From: Paraspadella gotoi
Taxonomy: Eukaryota; Animalia; Chaetognatha
NCBI GenBank assembly: GCA_051294375.1
Contig: CM119265.1
Span: 26,223,876-26,287,875, forward strand
Length of the DNA stretch: 64,000 bases
Reading direction: 5' to 3'
A program made the translations under genes and the position numbers. Every line of letters starts with the position of its first letter. Position 1 is the stretch's first letter. Below the pieces are notes generated by a model. It worked only from the letters and a program-made list of their open reading frames with translations. It made no database searches and had not been told where the DNA came from. Shown piece after piece: positions 53,630 to 64,000 of this stretch.

Positions 53630-55320
53630 TTCTCTCATCATTATTGGCTTTCCCTAACTAAAAAGGAATGGGATTACGAAGAGAGTGGACGCACAATTAA
53701 CCTCTCAATTCAGGAATGAAAGGGATCAAATGTGTTGAGTTATTCGTTTTCCAACCCAGGCCATCCAACAGCCAAACCATCCAAACCAATCAAACAACAA
53801 GCCTACCAAACCAATTAGGCGAAAATCTATTTAACAGATACCCTAAATTAGTAACCAAACTTTTCGACCCAACAATCAATCAATCAATCAATCAACAATT
53901 CAACAATTAGAAACTCAACAACTCACCCAAAGCTGAATTTAGTCTCTCATTGAATATCAAGGTGTGAAAGATAAAAAGAATGACGTGAAGACATTGTTGT
54001 CCTCCATTGACTTTCGTCTGGTGAGAAGATGGGCGAGAAATACTTGTATATGACCATCTAGCATTATATGGTCTCCCAGTTTGGACGGCGAGAGATTATA
54101 TTCTAGAGCCGAGCCGGGGCAATTCATTAATTCATCAGGCGAATTATTGTCTCTGCTTCTCCGCCAGTGAGAACTCAAGAGTTGTGGTCAAATCTTTTCT
54201 CGCTCGCACAGCAATGGAACGGGCCTGGGCTATGGAACCAGGCGGCTTGGCGCGGGTTTTTCCTACGCCCCCCCCAAGGCGGTTTACGGTTGTCCTGTTT
54301 CGCCTTTCACTTTCACTTTCCACTTTCACTTTCAACTTTTCCTTTCGCTTCACCTTTCGCTTTCCACTTTTTCACTTTTCCTATCGCTTTTCCACCCTTT
54401 CGTGCGACGACTCCCGTTGCCTGATCGTCGCATGGTCCACGAGATGATGGTATTACTCAACCTGGGCAATGACAGATAGTTAAGTTTACCATTATTTTGT
54501 TTCTTATAGTACAAAAATAACGCCATATCCTTAGGTTTTATCGTTTTTATATTGACCTTTTTAAAATTCCTACAAAATTCCCTCCACAACCCATATCGGC
54601 TGATTCCCCTCCTTTCTTTCCAGAGATACAACCACGCCATCCCGGGCAGCACCGCCCACGATCTGCCTCGCTCCCAAGCTCTGCGCCCTCGTTCTCTCAC
54701 CCTCAAATTCGATTCGGACGACTCGACTTTCGACAACATTGGAAGGTGGTGACCGTCTTCGTCGGAGCAACGATCTCTCCTGCGCATTATCACGATGAAG
54801 CCCGGACTCTACGAGCCGGAGGATTTCCGTCGTTCTCTTGAGAGAGTGAGGGCGGTGCGGGGGGGGATTTGTGGCGTTGTGGGTGTGCGCTGAGTGGAAT
54901 CTGCTGGCATAAAGGTTGACCGAGAGGCTTGAAGAGGTTTGGCCGTGAGAAGAACCAGGCCTTGTTGAATTGTGGGTTGTCCTTGGTTGGGGAGTTTTTC
55001 GTTTGAGTATCAACCATGCATGACGTGCATGATTGATAACGCATGGAGATAATCATCGTGTGCATTATGCATGAATGCATATAAGTGATGGGGATGATGA
55101 TCGGTTAATGATGATTATACATGCCCATTGACGGATCATGATGACGATGTTGAACGATGAGTATTTTTTGAAACGACGACGACGACGATGATGATGATGA
55201 TGCATGATTATTAACGATGCATTATATAAAATCCGTCATGCCGATAACAATACCTAATCCTGATGTAATGGATAATGCATGACGATGCGTGACAGTTGAT
55301 CATGTTGGACGAATTATTAT
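52430..55320. repeat. Error-rich tandem copy of ~48870-51500 (PLB1 intron plus exon) after a large N gap
   Basis: Collinear and insertion-dominated; exon copy at ~54626-54845. Confidence 0.9.
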
Positions 55321-55353
55321 ATCATTATTATTATTATTAATTATTATTATATC

Positions 55354-55384
<31 letters not shown>

Positions 55385-55431
55385 TATTATTTATTTATTA
55401 TTATTATTATCTAAATTATTATTATTATTAA

Positions 55432-55471
<40 letters not shown>

Positions 55472-55632
55472 TATTATTATTATATTATCTATTATTATTA
55501 TTATTATTATTATCTAATTATTATTATTATTATTACTTATTATTCTAACCATCTTTTCCCTCCTCATCTTCTCTATACCCCTCCCCCTCTCCCTCCTCTA
55601 TACTCGTCTCCCCCCTCCAACTCCCCCCTAAG

Positions 55633-55802
55633 CACCCTCCGACATGCGCTCACGCCCCAAGTTCCTCGTTGCTTCTGTCAACCTCGTCGGAGACGGATCG
55701 ACGTGTTCCGTCCGTGAGCGGACTCCAGCAAGGCGCATCATGTGTCCGCTCCCTGCATCAACTTCCTCTGCCGCTATCCGGCAAAGGGCGAGGAATTACG
55801 CG
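55633..55802 (+). CDS. PLB1: PLB1-like exon (frameshifted, probably by read errors)
   Basis: Corrected by eye it reads approximately TLDMLHAQVPRAFVNLVETIDVSVVSGLSKGIMCPLLHNFLCRYPAKGEELR (LD.L...VPR.FVNLV motif); donor G|GTGAGT. Confidence 0.7.
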
Positions 55803-56271
55803 GTGAGTCAGTCTATGCGGCCTAAAGGAGGAGTGCGAGTTAGGTGGGAGGGGTGCGGATCGCGTCTAATCCGGTTTGTCCGCGGTAAACGTCCGCAGCC
55901 CAAGGAGGAGCTAGAATGTAGCGGCGTTTACTGGCTTAAGATGTGCTTGATCTAAAATTTTATTCCGTTTCAAAGTTTCTCTCCTCACGTCTACACCGTT
56001 GTTTCACGATCCAACGAGAACTCAAACGATTCTAGTTCCTTCTTCCCCCGACTCTTCTCCCCCCCAAAGAATAAAGCAGAAATTACGGCCTCAAGATTTA
56101 CATTTTTTAATCAATTTACTCCTATTTTTTAGTCTCCTTTTTCTATCTCTATCTTTATCTCTTTATAGTTTGTCCGCCCCGATTACGTCGAAACCCACAA
56201 TGTTCCTTCTTCCTCCCAGTCATTTTCTTTTTTTTGGTTTTCTCTGTCTCTCTGTCTCTTTCTCTCTCTCT

Positions 56272-56326
<55 letters not shown>

Positions 56327-56488
56327 GCTCTCTCTCTCTCTGTGCCCAAACATGCTTTTCTAGGCACAAATACGGTTACCTTTACTATCTTCTCGACTTA
56401 CTCATATCTCTTACCCCATTCCTATCTCCTTATCTCTCTCTTGCCTCCACCCCCATCCCTTCCCTTCCCCTTCTCACCCCCCAAAGCC

Positions 56489-56645
56489 CCGCCATCGCTC
56501 CTGTCCGCAACGCCTAATCTCCGCGCATCCAAGATTCTCCTCTTATCTTCTTCTTTGTTTCTCTATTACGAGACGAGCGACGACTTCGCCTGTCGTGGAC
56601 CAGCCATTCCTGCCAACAGTTCTATCCGTTATTTATTATATCGGT
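56489..56645 (+). CDS. PLB1: PLB1-like exon (error-rich; boundaries uncertain)
   Basis: tac gag acg agc gac gac ttc gcc (t)gtc gtg gac cag cca ttc = YETSDDFAVVDQPF, matching the PLB1 Y...DDF.VV.QPF motif. Confidence 0.65.
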
Positions 56646-57187
56646 GTTAGTAGTCCGAGCTGTGTGGTGGCTGGTCGGCGTGCGGTCGGATGTGTGTCAT
56701 TGGTAGGTTGGGTGTGGAACACGTGTGGTTGCGACGCGGTTTTGGCGTTTCTGTCTGTATTCTTGTATCTCGTCTTTGTCTTAAGTCATTTCTGTCCTGT
56801 ATGTCTGTAAGTTTTTTTGCGTGCGCGCTCTTAGCCTGTCTGCATTTTCATTTTCTTTTCTGGTATCTGCCTCCTACTCTATCTCTCTCCTTCTCTCTCT
56901 CTGTCTCTCTCTCTCTCTCCTCTTCCCTCTCGCTCCTCTCCTGTCTCTCTCTCCTCTTCCCGTGCTCTTCTCTCTCTCTCTCCCTCTCTCTCTTCTTCCT
57001 CTCATCGCCTCNNNNNNNNNNNNNNNNNNNNNNNNNCTCTCTGTCCTTTTCTTTCTTTTTCCCTCCGAAGTCAACCGAAATAAGTTTAAGATTCAGATGA
57101 GTTTTTTTTCTCTTTTCATCGAAGCTGAATTTGAATTCGAATCGTTTTGGGCAACGAACATTCGGAAGCTAAAGAATAATTAATTTA

Positions 57188-57360
57188 GTAGCTAAAGAAC
57201 AGTTCTTTCAGTAGCTAAAGAACGGTTCATTCAGTTGCTGAAAAACAGTTCATTTGTAGCTAAAGAACAGTTCATTTGTAGCTAAAGCACAGTTCATTCA
57301 GTAGGTAAAAAACTATTCATTAAATCCTACAGAACAGTTCATTCAGTAGCTAATGAACGG
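57188..57360. repeat. ~22-23-bp tandem minisatellite (gtagctaaagaacagttcattca)n
   Basis: About 7 copies visible. Confidence 0.9.
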
Positions 57361-60300
57361 TACTTAAAATCCTACAGAAGAGTTAAAGAAACTATCTCTA
57401 TCTTTGCTTGTAAAATGGAAAGCACAAGCTGAGAATTGAATAACTCTTTGCTTATCAGACGAAAAATAATAAAAGTTACAATGTGGATAATATNNNNNNN
57501 NNNNNNNNNNNNNNNNNNCGAGAGGCACTATGAAAAGAGACTTCAGGAGAAGCGCGGTCCTTGCACAGCTTCAAGCTGGATCTGCTTTGCTTGGCGTTAT
57601 AGACGTTTCCTTGTGACCCGACGATATTAACATTTCTTTGCTGTCGTGCGTCGAGCTGTTGTCTTCTGTCCATAGCATATACTGACACTGAAGATGATAT
57701 GTAGACTAATGTATGGTATTATGCCCTGCTCGCAAATTGTTTTTGATTTGTTCCGGTTGCTCCGCCTTTTTTTCCTTCTAGCGCGCGAGTCTGTATGTGT
57801 CTGTAACACGCGGTAAGGTTGTTCGCGGTCAGCTAACAGAGTCAAACCATATCGATTCGGGGCTCGCGACACTCCCGACACTTCAGCAGTTAATGAAAGA
57901 CTGCCACCACGGAGCGCACGAGAGATAAATAAAATTGACAGATTTGCGGAGTAATACAATACACGTCCAAAATGAGAGAGATAAAAAGGAAATCACAATA
58001 ATTCTTATAGGCGTCAAATATTTCTGAAATTTATAATGGAGATGAAGGAAGTGCTTTGTATGAGCAAACATGATAAACACGAAACACGAGGGAACGGGCT
58101 TTATTACACACAGTGGATGAGTGTGGTGTTGACAGGCGCATACTACTTTTTTAACCTTAAGCTTTATCTCCTTGTTTCCACTGTGTTTCACTAGTGTATA
58201 TACGCACAGCGCTCGTTCAATGCCGACGAATCTCGCTCTGCCGTACGGAATTCTACCGCGAAAAGGTGAGACATCTTTTATTCAGTGATTCAAAGTCGCA
58301 CGCTTTGACGTAGCGCGGTACGTCTCGTAGCATTTTGTGCATTCAAGATCGAGGGCATTATACAAGATGCGCAAGAACCCGGCCGCTTAAAATAGGTCGG
58401 CATTAGAATGTCAAGCAGTCATGATCCGCTGGTTAATAGAATACGAGTGCCATACATAATGACCATATAGGACCAAGAGTGTATGGAATGCAGGTTGGTC
58501 GTAATGGCGTGATGCAAAGTGGAGGTGAAGACCAAGACCTATTGAATGTCGGACGAAGAACACAGTTGACATCAGCCTATACGTCAGGAGTCAGAGGAAC
58601 AGTACACATAATAACCACCACCGAACAGACCTGTCGGAACAAAGACCCGTGACTCACAAGTTCATTGCGTTGCGGCGTCGACAAGCCATAACCAAGCACA
58701 TGTATCAATAAAGGCAGTGCACGAGATACTGAAGTCCGAACATAAAGACCCTGTGACTTGACGCTGGGAGAGAATGAAAGAAATAGTGAGACAGAAAATG
58801 GGGATAATTGCACATATAGAAGAGGTAATAGAGAGACCGCGAGAAAGAAGAGAGTTGCGATGAGATGGGTCAAGGATGAGAGCAGACGGGCGGGCAGGAT
58901 AAAAAGTAACAACGATGAGCCAGAGTGGATATACTGAATTCCGCACGAGCGAGTAAACATACCACGGTCCTCAGTATTAGCATGTGTCTTGTTTCTCGAG
59001 TAGTATGGTCAGCGACCAAAGCACATCGTTTAGACCATCAATGTTGCCGCCTCCTTACCCTGGCATTCTTGCTCAATTCCTCTTCTTCTCATTACCACGT
59101 TCTCAACCATGATGCCAACCGCCAGCGTCCGCGGAGTGCGCACTCCCAGCGAAGAGTGGGCTCGCTAGCTCTTCTTGCTATGCTCGTCTGTGCGCGCTCT
59201 GTGCCCCGATCTCTCCCAGTCCCCAGCATTCCAAAAGATGCACAATTTTTATTTGTTTACTGCCGAATCTGTCCAGATTCCGGTTTCCCAACGATATCGA
59301 TGGTTCTTTCGTAGAGCACATTTCCAATGTTACATTTTTATTTCTTTAATTTTCCCCTTTTCATTATTTTTCCTCCTTTGTATTCAGCGACGAGGGTAGC
59401 CCGCAATCCGAGTACTCTCGTCAATCTTGCTACTTTCTTATTCCTGACTCACATAGTCGTGCTTCTCATACCCCACTATGAGGATATTCTCTACTCTACG
59501 ATTCGCTCATTGCTCCTACCAATTTCATTCGCGCAGGTCCTCTTACTTCCTGGGTGCGTTACCTCCTTTTCATTCCTTGTGGTCTAAATCACAGTTGATG
59601 CATTTAGGTCTTCTCTGATCTCTCTTGAGTATACATTGAATTTGCCTTAATCGAGCCATGAGCTACGTGTACTCACCTTTTGTCCACTCATTGCGTACGT
59701 CACTATTCTCGCGAGTTCTTCCCATAAACACTGCACGTTTTCCTTTCTCTTCTCCACTACATGACTAATCGCATTCGGCCCGCCAGGTATTCCACTGAGT
59801 CTCTGTACCGAAAATGAATCAAATCACCTACCACTGTTGCAAGATCCTCATTCCCTAACTGGTCACCTCTTCTCGCAAAATATCTCATTCCTTGTCCTGT
59901 CGCGAGCGATATGTCATCCCATCACATTCAATTGCCATAATGGCCGAGTATTGATTATTGGGCTTGCGTACATTGGGTTACTATAACCACACACTTCCAT
60001 TACCGATAGATACCTTCGCTCCAATCGCATAGGCTTAGCGATCTTCTGTAGCTGACATTGGTCTGTTAATGTTATCTGCCTTAATCAAACTTAGATCTCA
60101 CTATTTCCATGACACACTCATTACATAATTTCACTCATTTTTCTTCCCTCTGTCAAAAATGGAATTTTTACATTAGAGAGACACTAGTGTAGCTCATCGC
60201 CTTCGCCTTAAATTTGTCATGTTCTCCGGACAAGAACGAAACTAAACCGGGTTCCCAAGGAACCGAGCTATTGCGCGCAGATCGTCGCGATACAAACCTC

Positions 60301-61179
60301 CGTAGGTCTCAGCCATTGCACGATCGGGTACGTCATCACCCGCAAAGGCGCGTTTCCTCGTCTAGCCGCCTTCGGCGCAACATTTTTCTTGTCGGCATCC
60401 AAATCGAACTGAGACCTCGCAGCAAAATTTCTTGCTGTGTTATTTGTTGTATGTGTAACAAGAATGAGCTGGAAGGACAAGTGAATTGTTTGCTTTATCA
60501 CTTATATCTTCGGTCGCGACAAACAAGAACCAGCATGCGAGTGCCGGACAGAGTTATATACGTAGTAGCTCACGGTCGCGGTTACAGATCCGAGGTCGGT
60601 CGCGACATTCGTCCTAGTTCTAGGCCGATTCGTCATCGACTCTGGTTCGTTTGCCTGTGCTTAATCTGCGCCCTACCGTCGAGCAAGCCGTGTCTGCTAT
60701 CACATGTGGTGCGCCGCGTGGCGTCGAGACGTCCTCTCTCGGCGAGGGCTATTGCACTTGGAGTATCACCGTCGAGCGTGGGATACCGCTTTCCACGCGA
60801 GCGGGCACGTAGGCAATCGATATGTCAGTCGAGGGCAATTTATTCAAGGGCACTGGGAATCACTCTGCTAGAGTACCCGTCTTCCCGCGAGCGACCCAAG
60901 CCTTTGGGACTGCCATGCGCGAACAGGGCAGTACTCTTTATCCCCATAAAAAGCTACTGTAAGAAACAAAAAACAACAACGACGACGACGACAACGACGA
61001 CGACGATGACGACGACAATAACTCGCAGCTCTTTCATTCTCTTTTGACAAAAAAAGCTGATAAAGCAAACAAAGTATCAAAATAAAAAAATTAAAAAAAA
61101 GCGAAGCATAAAATGTCGGAGTGAACGACGAAGCTGCGACGCGTAGAAAATCTTGAGAGGAATAAAGATTTTAATTGAG

Positions 61180-61460
61180 GAAAAAATGAAATGAAAAGGA
61201 GGAAGAATAATTGAGGAAAGGAATGAAATGGAGGAAGACGAATGGAGGAAAGGAATGAAATGGAGGAAGACAAGTAGAGGAAAGGAATGAAATGGAGGAA
61301 GACAAGTAGAGGAAAGAAATGAAATGGAGGAAGACGAATGGAGGAAAGAAATGAAATGGATGAATACAAATGGAGGAAAATAATGAAAAGGGGGAAATCA
61401 AAGAAATAAAAATGGAGTAAAAAATGGAGGAAAGGAATGAAATGGAGTAAAACAAATAAA
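61180..61460. repeat. ~32-bp purine-rich tandem repeat (tggaggaaaggaatgaaatggaggaagacgaa)n
   Basis: Several adjacent copies. Confidence 0.85.
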
Positions 61461-61682
61461 GTAAATGAAAGGAGAAGGAAGGAAAAGAAAGAAAAGAAGC
61501 CAATGGCGATGAATCGATGGATGAATGAGAGAAGTGAATGAAAGAAAAGAATGAATCCAGTTAAGGGAATTAGCGAAAGAGGCTTGGGCGCCTCTAATAA
61601 AAAAGAAAGAAAAGACGGGACTTCCTTTTCATGCAGATTCCCTGTTCCATTGTTCCGTTCCTCTCTTCATCCGCTCCCTCCC

Positions 61683-61726
<44 letters not shown>

Positions 61727-63196
61727 TTCTCTCTTATCTCTTCTTTTTTCTCCATTTTTTGTCCATTTTTATCCGCCCACTCCGGAGTTTTTGCTCCCTT
61801 TTTCTTGCCTTTTGTATCTTTTTTGGTTCGCGCCGCGAGTACTTTTCAGTCGGTCTGTCAGTCTGTCGGTTGGTATGTCTGTTTGTCGGTGTATGTCTGT
61901 CTGTCGGTCTGTCTCATTTACGTTGAAAAAGGCTTATAACTTGCCTATAGTTTGTTGCTCATTTGATTGAAACAGAAAAAACCTCAAATCTAACGACTAC
62001 TAGCGGCCTTTTGTTTTTAAAGAAATCGTATAAACTATTAGGAATAAAAGACGTGATTCCGATGCAGAGGTATCGTATATACACGATAATAGAAGGGACT
62101 AGAAAAGTAAAAAAAAGTAATGCCGCCGCAACACCTTGGAAAACCGTTCCTTGTTTTTTTTTTCCTTATCTTTCTATTTAATTCTTTAATCTTCCTTTAA
62201 TTCTTCCTAAATTTGAATTTCTTTAACTTTTTTTCCCTTTTAAATCTTTTCCTTTGAATTTTTTCCTTTTTAGTTCTTTTTCCTTAATCTTTCTATTTGT
62301 TTTTTTATTTTTTTCTTTTTCATTTGCAATTTCCTTTTTTCTCGATTTTTCATCTCGAGCGAAATGAAGCGAGAATTTCTTGTTGCTAGGCAACTGAAAA
62401 AAAAAACAAGAAAAAAAAAGGCGGAAAACGGAAAATTCATTAAAACAATTTGGAAAATCTCAACTACAAAATTAACAGATTCTATTTCGAAAAAAAAATC
62501 AACACACAGAAAAAATTTGGTAAAAAGATATTGAAGCAAAACTCCGATTGTTGAAAGCTGCGAAAATCTTGAAAACTTAAAATAAAAATGTAGCAAAAAG
62601 GCGGATTAAGTCAGCACGTTTTCTGCTAATCTTTATCCGACTTTACTTGTCCGGCTTTGCATGTCTTTGTTCGTTTTCGCTTGTCGCTGTCCGTGTTTAC
62701 TCGTACTCGTCCGGCTTTGCCTGTCGTTGTTTGTTTTCGCTTGCACATCTTTGTCCGTTCATTGGGTGATTACGGACACATCCAAGACTCAAAGACCGTA
62801 AGACTCTGTTCTCTCAATCCATTTTTTTCCGAAACAAACAAAGACAAACTATAAAAAAACAACGAGACGCTAAAAAACGAGTTTTCCTCACCCATGGAAT
62901 GAACTTACCCGGCGGAGAAAACCTCAACACGGAAACTGAAAACTCACATAAAATGGTGAAAAGTTCTGCGATGATGGAAGTTGGCAACGAGATGGGAAAA
63001 GAGAGAAAAAGGGAAATTCACAAACAACAAAACTTTCTAGGGGAAAATCATCGGCTTTGGACTGGGGGAAGTTATTGGCAGGGTGAGGTTATCGACATAA
63101 TTAAGTTATTGAAGTTATTGGCAATTTAACTTTGTCGAATGTTATATTGTGTAATGCCAAATTGTCTGAGGCGGTCCAATCAAACTTATTTTCTTT

Positions 63197-63372
63197 CAAT
63201 CAAAGTCTTGAACTGTCCAATCAAACTCCCGAACTGTTCAATCAAACTCCTGAACTGTCCAATCAAACTCCCGAACTGTCCAATCAAACTCTTGAACTGT
63301 CCAATCAAACTCCCGAACTGTCCAATCAAACTCCTGAACTGTCCAATCAAACTCCTGAACTGTCCAATCAAG
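63197..63372. repeat. 21-bp tandem minisatellite (aatcaaactcccgaactgtcc)x~8
   Basis: Near-perfect copies; source of the ELSNQTP repeat ORF. Confidence 0.95.
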
Positions 63373-64000
63373 GTTCCTTAATCCCACGAGATCTTTAGTT
63401 TCCTGAATTCGACGTCGAAGCGAATTGTTTGGAGGGCGAATTAGATTTCGATTTAATTCTCCTCTCTCTCTCTCTCTGCTCTCTCTCTCTCTCTCTTCTC
63501 TCTTTTCGCTTTTCTTTTTTTATCTCTTCTTCAGGGATTCTTTTTCCTCATTTTCTCCTCTCCTCNNNNNNNNNNNNNNNNNNNNNNNNNNNNNNNNNNN
63601 NNNNNNNNNNNNNNNNNNNNNNNNNNNNNNNNNNNNNNNNNNNNNNNNNNNNNNNNNNNNNNNNNNNNNNNNNNNNNNNNNNNNNNNNNNNNNNNNNNNN
63701 NNNNNNNNCATTTTTCATCCATACCACTTTCCTTTTTTTTCCTTTTTCCTTCTTTTCTTTTTCACATTTTTTCTTTCCTTCCTTCCTCTCTATTTTTCTT
63801 TTTCTACTCCCGTCAGAATCCTCCGCGCGAAACACACTGTGAGCCATTGAGTCCCGCCGAGTCACGTGAAAACCTTTATTTCTTTTCGTATTCACAAAAA
63901 AACCTGCGTGGAATATGTGAATGAAAAGAGACTATCGTCTCTCGTGTTGTTTGGAGGAGAAAGGAGGAAAGAGAAGAGGAAGAAGGAAGGGAGGGGAGGA

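Noticed and set aside
60214-61047. 277-aa ORF
   Set aside because: Non-ATG start, Arg/Ser/Cys-rich random-like composition, lies in suspected noise sequence.
63132-63398. ELSNQTP-repeat protein
   Set aside because: A 21-bp minisatellite is open in multiple frames and on both strands; no exon signals.

Overview
Eukaryotic (probably invertebrate animal) AT-rich, microsatellite-rich draft scaffold with 10 N-gaps. Supported genes: (1) a single-exon 14-finger C2H2 zinc-finger gene (8990-10228, +); (2) a complete 4-exon secreted S1A serine protease (24562-21200, -, 264 aa by my exon joining) with a GC-AG third intron, a non-trypsin S1 pocket and a Leu-VIGG activation site; (3) several exons of a phospholipase B1-like SGNH/GDSL lipase (48558 to ~56645, +). 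Also present are a degenerate BEL/Pao gag remnant (~1-3200), a dispersed TIR element family filled with telomere-like TTAGG(G) motifs, and many mini- and microsatellites. Roughly a third of the window appears to be assembly artefact: indel-riddled tandem and inverted duplicates beside 25-N gaps (29.8-35.6 kb, 37-47 kb, 52.4-55.3 kb) plus a featureless block (57.5-61 kb), consistent with raw long-read gap filling. I found no convincing new multi-gene system. The best candidates for something undescribed are a densely hairpinned ~300-nt element in protease intron 2, the telomere-like MITE family, and a 33-nt indel difference between the two PLB1 exon copies. All analysis was done by eye, without tools.
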